Origin: the human T2T-CHM13v2.0 reference genome, Homo sapiens
Assembly: GCF_009914755.1 (NCBI RefSeq)
Contig: NC_060935.1
Direction: 5' to 3' (one strand)
DNA: 64,000 nucleotides
This document shows positions 27,371-43,678 of the stretch, in pieces. Position numbers and translations under genes: made by a program. Each line of letters begins with the position of its first letter. The first letter of the stretch is position 1. Below the pieces are notes generated by a model that was given only the letters and a program-made list of their open reading frames with translations, was not told where the DNA came from and did not search any database.

Positions 27371-30300
27371 CAACTTGGCTTCAACCTGCTACACTTGAGC
27401 CTAAGAACTGAAGGGCTTTGGGCTGGGATCAGGAGTTACTGCCCCTTGCTGTTAACACTGCCGAAATTCAAGCCTGGGTCTGACTCTACATTTTCTTCTT
27501 TATCCTCTATAGTAAGGCCTTTAGGACTGAATTTCTCCACTTAGACACCTTTTTACTACAATTCCGATTGAGTCTAATGGCTGCCTTTGCTAGCTTCTGG
27601 GGAGTGTATTTTTTTCTTATTCAGCCATCTTGATTCTTCCCACAAATGTGCAATGTAATGTTCTTGACTTTTGGGTTGGTTAAAGAATATCTGCGGACTA
27701 TGGGAAGAATAATTTTAAAATGCAAAGCTTACTAGTGTCAGAGATGGATCTCAAATTATTTCAAGTAGGCTCTCATACCTTATTGAAGAGACGTCTTGAC
27801 TTGGAAGCTCGTAGATAACACATTTAATTGCTACTTGGAGCTCCTGCTTATATTACCAGCAGAGGCACTTGGAAAAGGTGCTTGTGACTGAAATTGTGGT
27901 TTCTCTTTTTTATATATAAAACCTTCTCTCTCCAGTTTCTGAATTACTATTTGCAGTGATACATTCAATTCTTTTGACATGCATTGATCTCCCACAGGAT
28001 GCGGATCACTACAGTGAAGACAGTCAGTTTGTGCTATCTTGACTTGTTTTTGATCTTGGAAGTTAGAGAATTGAAATGCAGAGCTTAAAGGGGCGAGGAT
28101 GGAGTTTGCCAGGATAGGTATTGTCTTAGATGGAAGGTATTTATGTCATGTTTTCCGTCTCTTCATGAGCTTGATGTGCTTTGTCTGTGATTGCCAGGGT
28201 GTTCCAAAAGGCTTTTACAATGTCTCTGATTTTTCTCAAGTCACCACAGCATTGCAATAATGTGCTCCTTCTTCACATCCAGTCTCAGCTGCCTCCCTCT
28301 TTCATGACTGCATTTTACAGAAATCCCAAGTCTTAGTATCTTGGCTTCTTGGTACATAGGACACATGGCCGGGCAACTCCCCAGGGCCAGGCTCTATCTG
28401 GTGTCAGGAGAAGACAGCCCAGTGTGCTTGCTTTCCAGCTCCTGCCCAGATGTCTCCGACATTTCCCAGCCAACAGCTCTCTGGCTTTTTACTGAATCAC
28501 TGACCCACTGTGAGCTCTCACATTATCTCTTCCTCCCAGGCCAGCTGTGGATTGATTTTTTTTTTTCAGGAGAGAAGCTCCTAAGACATAGATAGGGCCA
28601 GAAGGGCCCTGGGAAAGAGTGCAGCTCATTTGCCCACTTGATTTCTCAGGAGTGGGCCAGAGATGAGATTTAAGGAGAGGATAGGGCGGAAGGCAACACT
28701 GCTCCTGGACACCCGCTTTAGAATGAGAACTGTTTTTCAGGCAGCTTTTGAAACTTTCCTGAAACTTTCCATAATGCAAGGGGACACTGTAAGAGGCTAT
28801 GGATATTCTAGCAAGAAAAGAGCAAGAGGACTGTTCAGTGAGTAAACTTGCTCTGGTGGAAATCAGCTTTAGACTTTTCTTCATGGAAGTGCCTTTCTAA
28901 CTCCCTTACTATACCCCTTTTGTCTCCTTCCCTCCACTTTGCTGGCTTTATGTAGTACCCCTTCCTGATTTCTGCCTGATTGGATAACTTTAACCTGACA
29001 CTGGCTGGGTGCTCCCTGCAATGAGTCGTGTGGTGATTTGCAGCTATGGGCTTTAGTATGCCTCATAGTGATGTTATTCTCCAGGTTCTGAGGGTCTGGG
29101 AAGCAGAGTTTATCTTGGTCTGGGGGTTAAATTAAACCTCGATGTGTTGCTGCCTTATGTTAAAGATCACAAATGCTCCAAGGTATGGCGACAGCTGATC
29201 CCTTGTGTAATAATGAGCAATGTTTCATAGTGTGTAGTTGTAAATGATCCTGTAGGAGCTTTAGTTCTTTGTTGTATATAGGCAAACTCTGACCTAGTAC
29301 AAAATGCCAGGACTGGCATCCAGCCTAAATTATTATGATGAAAAAGCTGGTGGGGCTGGCCAGACTATCTCTCTTTTCAATCTCACCTCTTGCAGCTGCT
29401 CAGTAAATGGCAAGCATGATGGAAAAATATAGGTCCAGTCTTACTTCTCTGGAACCCATTTATTTAGTAGGAAGGATTCTAGAATTAGGTGGTTTTTCTC
29501 CTCTTCATTTTTCCTGACAGATTTTTCTCTCCCTGTCATACTGTAAGATTGATTTCTATCTTTAAAATGTGTTCATGGGGATGAGGGCTTTTCAGGGAAA
29601 GCATTACAAATCACCCACGACATCAGGCATCCTGGGAAGAAGCAGAGCTGTTTCTACAGTGCTCATTTTTCAGAGAGCGCAGTGCCACCTGCCATCTTCC
29701 TGTATTTCCAATTTCGCATTGTCCTTGTCTGTTTGAAGATGGGGTATGTGAATTCCAGATGAGCTTGTGCTGGCTTTTAAAATTCACATGGTTTGAGGAG
29801 AAGGAGCAGTGACAGCTGATTGATGTAGAAATGGCTTAGGAAGCCAGGCTGAATCAGAAATCCTGATTCCAATGAAATCCCCCTCTTGGCTGAGTGCTGG
29901 CTTGTCACCACTGAGACAGTATTTCAAAGTGATTTCACAGGTGTTAGTTCATTGACTCCTCCCACCATCTCATGAAAGAGGCAGGGGAGGAAAGAGTAAG
30001 TCCACAGGACAGAAGAGGAAGCTGAGAGTTTGAATGTTTTTGTGACTTAGACTTGGCCCAAGGCAAGTTAGCAGTGAAACTGGCATAAGAACCTAATTCT
30101 TTTTCCACTGTACCTGGAGGGTCTAAGGCCTAGGGAAACATTTTTTAAAGTCTCTAAAAAGCTCCTTAGGTGGCATAGTATCAAGGAACTTGGAAGGGAT
30201 CAGAAAATTAACCTCAAATTATCTGGATTTTAAAGCATCAATCAATGTACCTTTTTATTAAGTTCCTAGCATTGTATTTGGCCTACAGTAGGTACTTAGA

Positions 30301-30555
30301 GATGAGAGCTTATTCATTATTTCTTTTTTATTTTATTTTATTTTATTATTATTATACTTTAAGTTTTAGGGTACATGTGCACAATGTGCAGGTTAATTAC
30401 ATATGTATACATGTGCCATGCTGGTGTGCTGCACCCAGTAACTTGTCATTTAACATTAGGTATATCTCCTAATGCTATCCCTCCCTCCTCCCCCAACCCC
30501 ACAACAGGCCCCAGAGTGTGATATTCCCCTTCCTGTGTCCATGTGTTCTCATCGT

Positions 30556-34365
<3,810 letters not shown>

Positions 34366-34429
34366 TATGAATGTTAGCTGGTTATTTTGCTCATTAGTTG
34401 ATGCAGTTTCTTCCTAGCCTCGATGGTCT

Positions 34430-35445
34430 TTACAATTTGGCATGATTTTGCAGTGGCTGGTACCGGTCGTTCCTTTCCATGTTTAGTGCTTCCTTCAGGA
34501 GCTCTTTTAGGCCAGGCCTGGTGGTAACAAAATCTCTCAGCATTTGCTTGTCTGTAAAGTATTTTATTTCTCCTTCACTTATGAAGCTTAGTTTGGCTGG
34601 ATATGACATTCTGGGTTGAAAATTCTTTTCTTGAAGAATGTTGAATATTGGCCCCCACTCTCTTCTGGCTTGTAGAGTTTCTGCCGAGAGATCCACTGTT
34701 AGTCTGATGGGCTTCCCTTTGTGGGTAACCCGACCTTTCTCTCTGGCTGCCCTTAACATTTTTCCTTCATTTCAACTTTGGTGAATCTGACAATTATGTG
34801 TCTTGGAGTTTCTCTTCTCGAGGAGTATCTTTGTGGCGTTCTCTGTATTTCCTGAATCTGAATGTTGGCCTGCCTTGCTAGATTGGGGAAGTTCTCCTGG
34901 ATAATATCCTGCAGAGTGTTTTCCAACTTGGTTCCATTCTCCCCATCACTTTCAGGTACACCAATCAGACGTAGATTTGGTCTTTTCACATAGTCCCATA
35001 TTTCTTGGAGGCTTTGTTCATTTCTTTTTATTCTTTTTTCTCTAAACTTCCCTTCTCGCTTCATTTCATTTATTTCATCTTCCATCACTGATACCCTTTC
35101 TTCCAGTTGATTGCATCAGCTCCTGAGGCTTCTGCATTCTTCACGTAGTTCTCAAGCCTTGGCTTTCAGCTCCATCAGCTCCTTTAAGCACTTCTCTGTA
35201 TTGGTTATTCTAGTTATACATTCATCTAAATTTTTTTCAAAGTTTTCAACTTCTTTGCCTTTGGTTTGAATTTCCTCCTATAGCTCGGAGTAGTTTGATC
35301 ATCTGAAGCCTTCTTCTCTCAACTTGTCAAAGTCATTCTCCATCCAGCTTTGTTCCATTGCTGGTGAGGAGCTGCATTCCTTTGGAGGAGGAGAGGTGCT
35401 CTGCTTTCTAGAGTTTCCAGTTTTTCTGCTCTGTTTTTTCCCCAT
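34430..35445 (-). pseudogene. Disrupted L1 ORF1 (RNA-binding chaperone)
   Basis: MGKKQSRKTGNS start, EIWDYVKRPNLRLIGVPE, YPAKLSF, end RYQPLQNHAKL; frameshifted. Confidence 0.95.
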
Positions 35446-36028
35446 CTTTGTGGTTTTATCTACTTTTGGTCTTTGATGATGGTGATGTACAGATGGGTTT
35501 TTGGTGTGGATGTCCTTTCTATTTGTTAGTTTTCCTTCCAACAGACAGGAGCCTCAGCTGCAAGTCTGTTGGAGTTTGTTAGAGGTCCACTCCAGACCCT
35601 GTTTGCCTGGGTACCAGCAGCAGTGGCTGCAGAATAGCGGATTTTTGTGAACTGCGAATGCTGCTGTCTGATCGTTCCTCTGGAAGTTTTGTCTCAGAGG
35701 AGTACCTGGCCGTGTGAGGTGTCAGTCTGCTCCTAATGGGGGGTGCCTCCCAGTTAGGCTGCTTGGGGGTCAGGGGTCAGGGACCCACTTGAGGAGGCAG
35801 TCTGCCCATTCTCAGATCTCCAGCTGCATGCTGGGAGAACCACTGCTCTGTTCAAAGCTGTCAGACAGGGACATTTATGTCTGCAGAGGTTACTGCTGTC
35901 TTTTTGTTTGTCTGTGCCCTGCCCCCAGAGGTGGAGCCTACAGAGGCAGGCAGGCCTCCTTGAGCTGTGGTGGGCTCCACCCAGTTCGAGCTTCCCAGCT
36001 GCTTTGTTTACCTAAGCAAGCCTGGGCA

Positions 36029-36103
36029 ATGGCGGGCGCCCCTCCACCAGCCTCGCTGCCGCCTTGCAGTTTGATTTCAGACTGCTGTACTAGCAATCAA
36101 TGA
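36029..36103 (+). pseudogene. Truncated L1 ORF0 (antisense 5' UTR ORF)
   Basis: MAGAPPPASLPPCSLISDCCTSNQ then TGA at codon 25. Confidence 0.8.
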
Positions 36104-36537
36104 GACTCCATGGACGTAGGACCCTCCAAGCCAGGTGCGGGATATAATCTCCTGGTGTGCCATTTTTTAAGCCTGTTGGAAAAGCGCAGTATTAGGGTGG
36201 GAGTGACCTGATTTTCCAGGTACCGTCTGTCACCCCTTTCTTTGACTAGGAAAGGGAACTCCCTGATCCCTTGTGCTTCCCGAGTGAGGCAATGCCTCGC
36301 CCTGCTTCGGCTGGCACATGGTGTGCTGCACCCACTGTCCTGCACCCACTGTCTGTCACTCCCTAGTGAGATGAACCCGGTACCTCAGATGGAAATGCAG
36401 AAATCACCCGTCTTCTGCGTCGCTGATGCTGGGAGCTGTAGACTGGAGCTCTTCCTATTCAGCCATCTTGGCTGCCCTCATTATTTGAATAAATATTCAC
36501 TAAGTCCCAAGCTCTGAGAAAATAAAGCTTTCTGTTA

Positions 36538-36619
36538 AGTATAGAATATAGAATATACTGTATATATAGTATAGAATATATATGTATATATAATATAGGG
36601 CTTTTCTATATTCTATACT
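36538..36619. repeat. AT-rich inverted repeat (16-bp perfect arms, 50-bp spacer)
   Basis: agtatagaatatagaa at 36538-36553; reverse complement ttctatattctatact at 36604-36619. Confidence 0.9.
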
Positions 36620-36629
36620 GACAATTTTC

Positions 36630-37875
36630 TTTTTTTGTTTTTCATTTTTAACTTCTTTTTACATTATTATTATACTTCTAGGGTACATGTGTCCAACGTG
36701 CAGGTTTGATACATAGGTATACATGTGCCATGTTGGTTTGCTGAACACATCAACTCATCATTTACTCTAGGTATTTCTCCTAATGCTATCCCTCCCCCAG
36801 CCCCCCACTCCCCAACAGGCCCCGCTGTGTGATGTCCCCCACCCTGTGTCCAGGCGTTCTCATTGTTCAATTCCCACCTATGAGTGAGAGCATGCAGTGT
36901 TTCATTTTCTGTCCTTGTGATAGTTTGCTGAGAATGATGGTTTCCAGCTTCATCCATGTCCCTGCAAAGGACATGAACTCATCCCTTTTTTATGGCTGCA
37001 TAGAATTCCATGGTGTATGTGTGCCACATTTTCTTAATCAAGTCTATCATTGATGGACATTTGGGTTGGTTCCAAGTCTTTGCTATTGTGAATATTGCCA
37101 CAATAAACATACGTGTGCATGTGTCTTTATAGTAGCATGATTCGTAATCCTTTGGGTATATACCCAGTAATGGGATGGCTGGGTCAAATGGTAATTCTAG
37201 TTCTAGATCCTTGAGGAATCTCCACACTGTCTTCCACAATGGTTGAACTAATTTACACTGCCACCAACAGTGTAAAAGCGTTCGTATTTCCTCCACATCC
37301 TCTCCAGCATCTGTTGTTTCCTGAGTTTTTAGTGATTGCCATTCTAACTGGTATGAGATGCTATCTCACTGTGGTTTTGATTTGCATTTCTCTGATGACC
37401 AGTGATGATGAGCATTTTTTCATGGTCTGTTGGCTGCATAGCTGTCTTCTTTTGAGAAGTGTCTGTTCCTACCCTTTGTCCACTTTTTGATGGGGTTATT
37501 TGTTTTTTTCTTGTAAATTTGTTTGAGTTCTTTGTAGATTCTGGATATTAGCCCTTTGTCAGATGGGCAGATTGCAAAAATTTTCTTCAATTCTGTAGGT
37601 TGCCTGTTCACTCTGATGGTAGTTTCTTTTGCTGTGCAGAAGCTCTTTAGTTTAATTAGATCCCATTTGTCTATTTTGGCTTTTGTTGCCATTGCTTTTG
37701 GTGTTTGTCATGAAGTCCTTGCCCATGCCTATGTTCTGAATGGTATTGCCTAGGTTTTCTTCTAGGGTTTTTATGGTTTTAGGTCTAACATTTAAGTCTT
37801 TAATCCATCTTGAATTAATTTTTGTATAAAGTGTAAGGAAGGGATCCAGTTTCAGCTCTCTACATATGGCTAGCC
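36630..37875 (-). mobile_element. 5'-truncated L1PA6/7-type LINE-1 (~1.25 kb)
   Basis: 3' UTR plus ORF2 C-terminus; TSD ctatactg(a/g)caattttc at 36613-36629 and 37876-37892. Confidence 0.95.
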
Positions 37876-38129
37876 CTATACTGGCAATTTTCAAGATGAG
37901 AAGGCACACCTATAGAGGCTTAGCCCAGGAGCTTTGATGGAGACCTCAGTGGCAATGACCAAAAAAAAACAAAAACAAAACAAAAAAAAAACCAAAACGG
38001 GTGCAAAATTAGGCCCAAGTGCCTGTATCTCAGCCTCAAACCTCTTGTCCTTTTGATCCCATAGGTTTTTAACTGACTTTACAGGGATTTTTTTTTTTTT
38101 TTGCCTTGTCCATTGAAATTCTGGAAACC

Positions 38130-38215
38130 TCTATCAGGAAAGGAAACTGACATTTCCCAGCAGACATTTTCCACAGCTTTGACTGTGGCCTATGCCAGGC
38201 ATGGCCTGAGACATA
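38130..38215 (+). repeat. Copy 1 of a diverged ~85-bp dispersed direct repeat
   Basis: tctatcaggaaaggaaactgacatttcccagcagacattttcca...gtggcctatgccaggcatggcctga; matches 41288-41365. Confidence 0.85.
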
Positions 38216-38689
38216 TTACTGCAAGCATTGTACAGGAGAAATTGTTGGGACTTGATTTTCTTTTTCATGTCTCTCAACTTTTTTTAACTTTCTCATAGGC
38301 TTTTGACTCGTTATTTTCTGACTTGGGATAGACATATTCTAATCCACCACGTGGCTCAGTTAGGACTTTTTGCTTTCGATTTTCTTGATGACCTCATTCT
38401 TTGGCCACGATGTCTTCTTGCTGAGTATCTGGATCTGCTCTTTGGGCTTTCTGATGCCAGATTGCTTGTTTGGTTTCACAGTCCTAACTCCATCTGCAGT
38501 TTTGGCTTCTGGGCCCCTCTGGCCTCTGGCCCTATAACCTGAACCATGTTTTATTTTCAGTTTTGTTATGTTTTCCTGTCTTTTATCTGACAACTCTTAC
38601 TGACCATTGTTCATGTAGAGGAGAAGTTATTTTGTAAATTTATAGCAGAAAAAATTATCAAAATACTAATTGATGAGGTTAAAACAAAT

Positions 38690-38825
38690 CTTTTTGGTTA
38701 AACTCCTCAGTTTATTGATGAGAAAACAGGCTCCAAGAGGTTTAGTGAATTGTATCAACTGACAGAGAGAGTTAGTGACTGACTCAAATGTAGAAGCCAG
38801 GTCTCCTGACTTCTAGCTTGGTGTA
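38690..38825 (+). mobile_element. MIR fragment
   Basis: ttttattgatgagaaaacaggctccaagaggtttagtgaattg...tagaagccaggtctcctgacttctag. Confidence 0.75.
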
Positions 38826-38839
38826 TTTTTTTTTTACTT

Positions 38840-39120
38840 TTGACTTAAAAAATTGTTTTTGATTGACAAATACAATTGTATATATTTATCATGTACAATA
38901 TAATGTTTTGAAATATGTATACATTGTGGTATAGCCAAATTGAGCTAATAAGATATGCATTACCTGACATACTGGTCATTTTTTGTGGTATGAACACTTA
39001 AAATCTACTCTCCTGGCAACTGGCAAGAATATACTACATTGTAATTATAGTCACCATGTCATGCAGGAGTTATTACCCTTACCTGACTGAAATCAGGAAT
39101 CCTTTAATCAACATCTCTTG
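38840..39120 (-). mobile_element. L1MA (MA8/9-like) 3' end
   Basis: ttgacaaatacaattgtatatatttatcatgtacaa...gaacacttaaaatctactctc. Confidence 0.8.
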
Positions 39121-39159
39121 GTGTTGTGTCCCCCCACAGTGTCCCCATGGTGTTACCTA

Positions 39160-40232
39160 TTTTCCTTTTTTTAATTAGATTTTTTTCATTTTTAATTTTT
39201 GTGCATATATAGTAGGTGTATATGGGGTGCTTGAGATATTTTGATACAGGCATACAATGTGTAATAATCACATCAGGGTAAATGGGGTATCCATCATCTT
39301 AAGCATTTTTCCTTTCTTTGTGTTACAAACAATCCAATTATGCACTTTTAGTTATTTTAAAATGTACAATAAATTGTCAACTTTAGTCCCTCTATTGTGC
39401 CATCAAATATTAGATCTTATTCATTCCATCTAACTATATTTTTGTACCCATTAACCGTCCCCAATCCCCAACCCCCAACCCCCAACCCCCACTACCCTTC
39501 CCAGTCTCTGGTCACCATCCTTCTACACTCTAGCTCAATGAGTGAGTTCAGTTGTTTTAATTTTTAGCTCCTATAAATGAGTGAGAACATGCAAATTTGT
39601 CTTTTTTGCCTGACAAAATGTCTTTTAGTCCCATTAGTGTTGTTGTAAATAACAGAATCTATTTTTTTGACTGAATAGTTCTCCATTGTGTATATGTACC
39701 ACATTTTCTTTATTCATTCATCTGTTGATGGATACTTAGGTAGCTTCCAAATCTTGGCTGTTGTAAACAGTGCTGCAGTAAATGTGGGAAGGTAGATATC
39801 TCTTAAACATACTGATTTGCTTTCTTTTGGATATATACCTAGCAGTGCGATTGCTGGATCATATAGTAGCTCTATTTTTAGTTCTTGAGGAACCTCCACG
39901 CTGTTCTCCATAGTGACTGTACTAATTTACATTCCCAGCAACTGCATATGAGGGTTCCCTTTTGTCCACATCCTCACCAGCATTTGTTCTTCCCGGTCTT
40001 TTGGATATAATCCATTTTAACTGGGGTGAGATGATATCTCATTGTAGTTTTGATTTGCATTTCTCTGATGATCAATGATGCCGAGTACCTTTTCATATAC
40101 CTGTTTCCCATTTGTATGTCTTCTTTTGAGAAGTGTCTATTCAAATCTTTTGCCCACTTTTTGAGTTATTAGCTTTTTCTCCTGTTGAATTATTTGAGCT
40201 CCTTATATATTCTGGTTATTAATCCCTTGTCA
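39160..40232 (-). mobile_element. L1MA (MA2/3-like) 3' fragment
   Basis: tgatacaggcatacaatgtgtaataatcacatcagggtaaatggggtatcc; ORF2 remnant LLYDPAIALLGIYPKE. Confidence 0.9.
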
Positions 40233-41287
40233 ATGACTTTTCTTAAATTTGTAAAAATATCTGAGCTCCACTCACAGAAGAAAAGGGCCAGAAGAAACCT
40301 CTTTCCTAATGGAATGAATACACTTTCTTCTCTGTCTCTTGCCCTTCTTCATTCATACTTAAGCTCCTAAAAAAGGAGAGGAAGTTCAAATACAAGTGCT
40401 TTGATTGCCTAATACTTCTAGTCTCCCAAGAGCCAATGCATGGGCCGTTAGTAAAAAGCATTATAGTTGGTTTCCACAGAGAAGCATAAGGTGATTCCCA
40501 TGGTAACCATGACCAGAATGGAAATGGCAGTTTGTATTGCATCTGGGAGCTAATTGTTGGCTATACAGGACCACAGACCACAGATGTAATGGGCTTTCTG
40601 GGACCCATGGTCTCAGAATGGTGACGCTGGATGCCAGCCAAAGTTTGTAAGTGAATGAGCTTGAACAAACTTGATTTGTTAAGCTGTACAGATGAGAATC
40701 AGAATTGGAGAAATTCAGATTTGAGATTTGGCCAGTATTTTGTCTAGGAGCTAGGCCAGGTTTGGTGTTGCCTATGATGTGAAGGCTTCATCAGTGGCTA
40801 AGGGATAAAGCTGTACCCTGGAGCACCTAACCTGGGCAGGCTAGATGCTGTTCCCTGCTGTCTGTTCTGTAAGTCACATAGTGCCCTCTTGGGTTCTATC
40901 TTAGAGCAGAGCCCACACTATGACCTCCATGTGACCCTGTAGTCTTGCTGTAGGGACAGCTAAGTCTCAGGCATAACTTGAGGTAAAGGTCACTTCAAGG
41001 GGTGATGGTCTTGTGTTGTTGCTGCCACGGGCCTCATTCACCTCAGAAAGTCTCCATTTCTTCCTGGTAACTACTGCAAATCCAGAAATTCCCAGCTAGG
41101 GGTAGAGGTTGCCGAAAATAAGAGGAGCAGCAGTGGTTTTGGACAATGTCAGATATGTGACTATGTTGTCTTGGCTGCTTTCTTCTCCAGGTGCTCCTGT
41201 GCCATTTCTCTCCCACCTTCCTGTGTTCACCATCCTGTCCCCCCTCCCCGTACTGCTGTGGTTTCTCATGTTCTACTTCCTTTCCTC

Positions 41288-41365
41288 TCTGTCAGGAAAG
41301 GAGGCTGACATTTTCCAGCAGACATTTCCAAAATTTTAGTGGCTTATGACACACATGGCCTGATT
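41288..41365 (+). repeat. Copy 2 of a diverged ~85-bp dispersed direct repeat
   Basis: tctgtcaggaaaggaggctgacattttccagcagacatttcca...gtggcttatgacacacatggcctga. Confidence 0.85.
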
Positions 41366-42099
41366 CACACACAGTCAGTGTGTTGGAGGAGGAGTTGTAG
41401 AAATGGCTGCAATGGTTTAGGGTTACAAAAAAAGAAATTCTGGCCCTGGATTATAATGATAAAACACTTTTCTTCAATGTTAAGCACTCAACACACCTTC
41501 ACTGTGGCTTACAATGAGCCATGATGCAAAGACGAATCATGGACAGTTTCCCAGAGCAGGTGGTACCTGAGCTACATCTTAGAGGACGAGTGAACTGAGG
41601 AAACAGCAGAAGGGAATTCCAGCCAGCAGGGTCAGCAAGAACAGTACTGTGGAGGGAAGAAGGAGTGTCTGAGCAGGGCTGTCACAAGCATTTGGTTTGC
41701 TAGAGCATAAAATGAATCAAAGCAGGAGACTGAGGTAGGAGTACAGGAATCCTTTTTTATCATGTACTACCTGAACTATGTATTCTTTTATTATTGCTGT
41801 TTGAGGGACATTAATGAAAGCTACGTTTTGATTATCCATGTTAAGGGAGCTTCAGATAGTGAAAAATAATGGATAATTTTCAACTCACTTAAATCTCGCC
41901 AGGGAAAGCAGCCAGGAGAGAGCACAGGTTGTAAAGCCTGTTTTCTTCCCCTTTTGTCAGGGGATCCACTCGAAAGACATGAAGCTCTGTCTGTAACATT
42001 TTCTTTACTCTCGTCAAGGTCAGCTCTTCCTCTCTCTTCCTCTGGGGCCTCCCTGAGGGCCCCACCTTCCTCCCTCCAGCTGCCTATGATGCAGAGTGG

Positions 42100-42225
42100 G
42101 TGGGAAGGCCTTGGGCTGGGACTAGGATCTAGATGTACCCCTAATTTTGTTGAATGGTGTGACCTCAGGGAAGTGACTTCTCTCTGAGCTTGAGTTTCTT
42201 CATTTGTAAAATAAAGATATCTATA
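42100..42225 (-). mobile_element. MIR fragment
   Basis: gtgtgacctcagggaagtgacttctctctgagcttgagtttcttcatttgtaaaat. Confidence 0.75.
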
Positions 42226-42644
42226 TTTTGTGAAATCCTACTGGGGAACTTTGCCCCACTCTGAATGGCCATAGCTCCAGAGATGGTGCCAGGTAGGGCT
42301 TTCCTGAATTGTATTTTTATTTCAGGTTTTAAAAATTCAGGGTGCTAGGGAAGCTATGTTGTCCTTCCTGTTTCATATTTTAAAGTTTGGATATTTTGTG
42401 GTATCATTTCAGGTAAAGAATAAAAATTGCTCCGTTATCCTCACTCCATCCCTCTTTCTTCATAGTACAACCTAATTGGAATCTATATTAACCATGTCTT
42501 CTTGTCTGGGTATACAGGGTACAAAAGGGAGATTTTTTTACAAGGAAATAGGTTGGTATAAAATGGAATGTTATCCTGAAGACATTCCCAAGGTCAAAGA
42601 CACATTATCTCTTAGGGGTTGTGAGGGGAGCCATTCAGTATATT

Positions 42645-42870
42645 AATAATACAGTAGCTATCATCGATCAGACATAGTGTTCTGTTATGTACATTATCTC
42701 TAACCTTTATACAAACCTTGCAAGGTACTTTTCTGTTCCTCATTTTGCAGGTGAGGAAACTGTGGCTCAGAGAGAAGTTCAGTAACGTGCCCACAGTTGC
42801 AAAACTAGGGCATGAGAAGTTGGAATGTGAACTGGATCTGTCAGGAAAGCTGGTTCTCCTCTCTTGGCTG
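42645..42870 (+). mobile_element. MIR
   Basis: cattttgcaggtgaggaaactgtggctcagagagaagttcagtaacgtgccca. Confidence 0.85.
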
Positions 42871-43149
42871 CCCTGCCCCATCAACTAGAGAAACCTTAGT
42901 GTGCCTGACATGAACTAGACACCCTCACCTGCCTCTAAATTCTAGGGGGTGACTAAGAAACTGGGGAGTATAGAAGCTCCATCTTCATCTGGGAGACAGA
43001 GTTGCAATGATTTTTAAATAAGATTAAAGGACACAATCTCTACAGTCAGGGGCAGGTGATTGTCTATTCTGGTCCTAATATTGGGCTATTAGCCCAATTA
43101 TTGCACGTTGTGTAATATGTAGCTCACTCACTTGGGTGGTGGATACTTA

Positions 43150-43678
43150 CTGTTTCTATGCTAAGCATCTGCTTCTTTGGGAAATGGCAATTTCCAGTGG
43201 CCATATTCTTTCATGACCTCATCCCTTTGACCTCTGTTCACTAATACAAGGTTGGACACCTGAGCATTGCTGGGCCAGTCAAAGCAGTCTGCCATCTCTC
43301 CCACAGTCGAGTGGCCTATCTTTGGGAATCTGACTGAGCCTGGGCCCCAAATTTTCTTTTCCACTGTTTTAACTGGGATCAGAGAAAGCCAGTCAGTCTC
43401 TGAGGACTGGAGCTTTAAGATCTACGAGTCTGGGGCTGATGTTGCCCATGTTTTCCTCCACCCTGGTCCACACTGAGACGGAGGAATGATGCAGGGGCAC
43501 AGAGACACAGACACAGGAGAGTGGGTGGGATCCTGATTGTGCATGTGTTTGAATTGCTAATGAGGTCCAGATATTCTTGGCTTAAGTTCTACGAGACACC
43601 TCAGTATACTTTTTTTTGCCTAAACATTTTGGACTGAAACTTTGTCACTTGTAATCAAAGTAGTGCTCACTGACTCAC
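43150..43678. mobile_element. MLT1-like LTR remnant
   Basis: Ends gcctaaacattttggactgaaactttgtcacttgtaatcaaagtagtgctcactgactca, like an MLT1H/J 3' end. Confidence 0.55.

Noticed and set aside
28489-28884. 131-aa minus-strand ORF
   Set aside because: No domain similarity or exon structure seen; overlapped by other chance ORFs
38360-38593. Lys-rich 77-aa ORF as a processed pseudogene
   Set aside because: No recognisable parent protein, poly(A) tail or TSD; composition explained by a T-rich + strand
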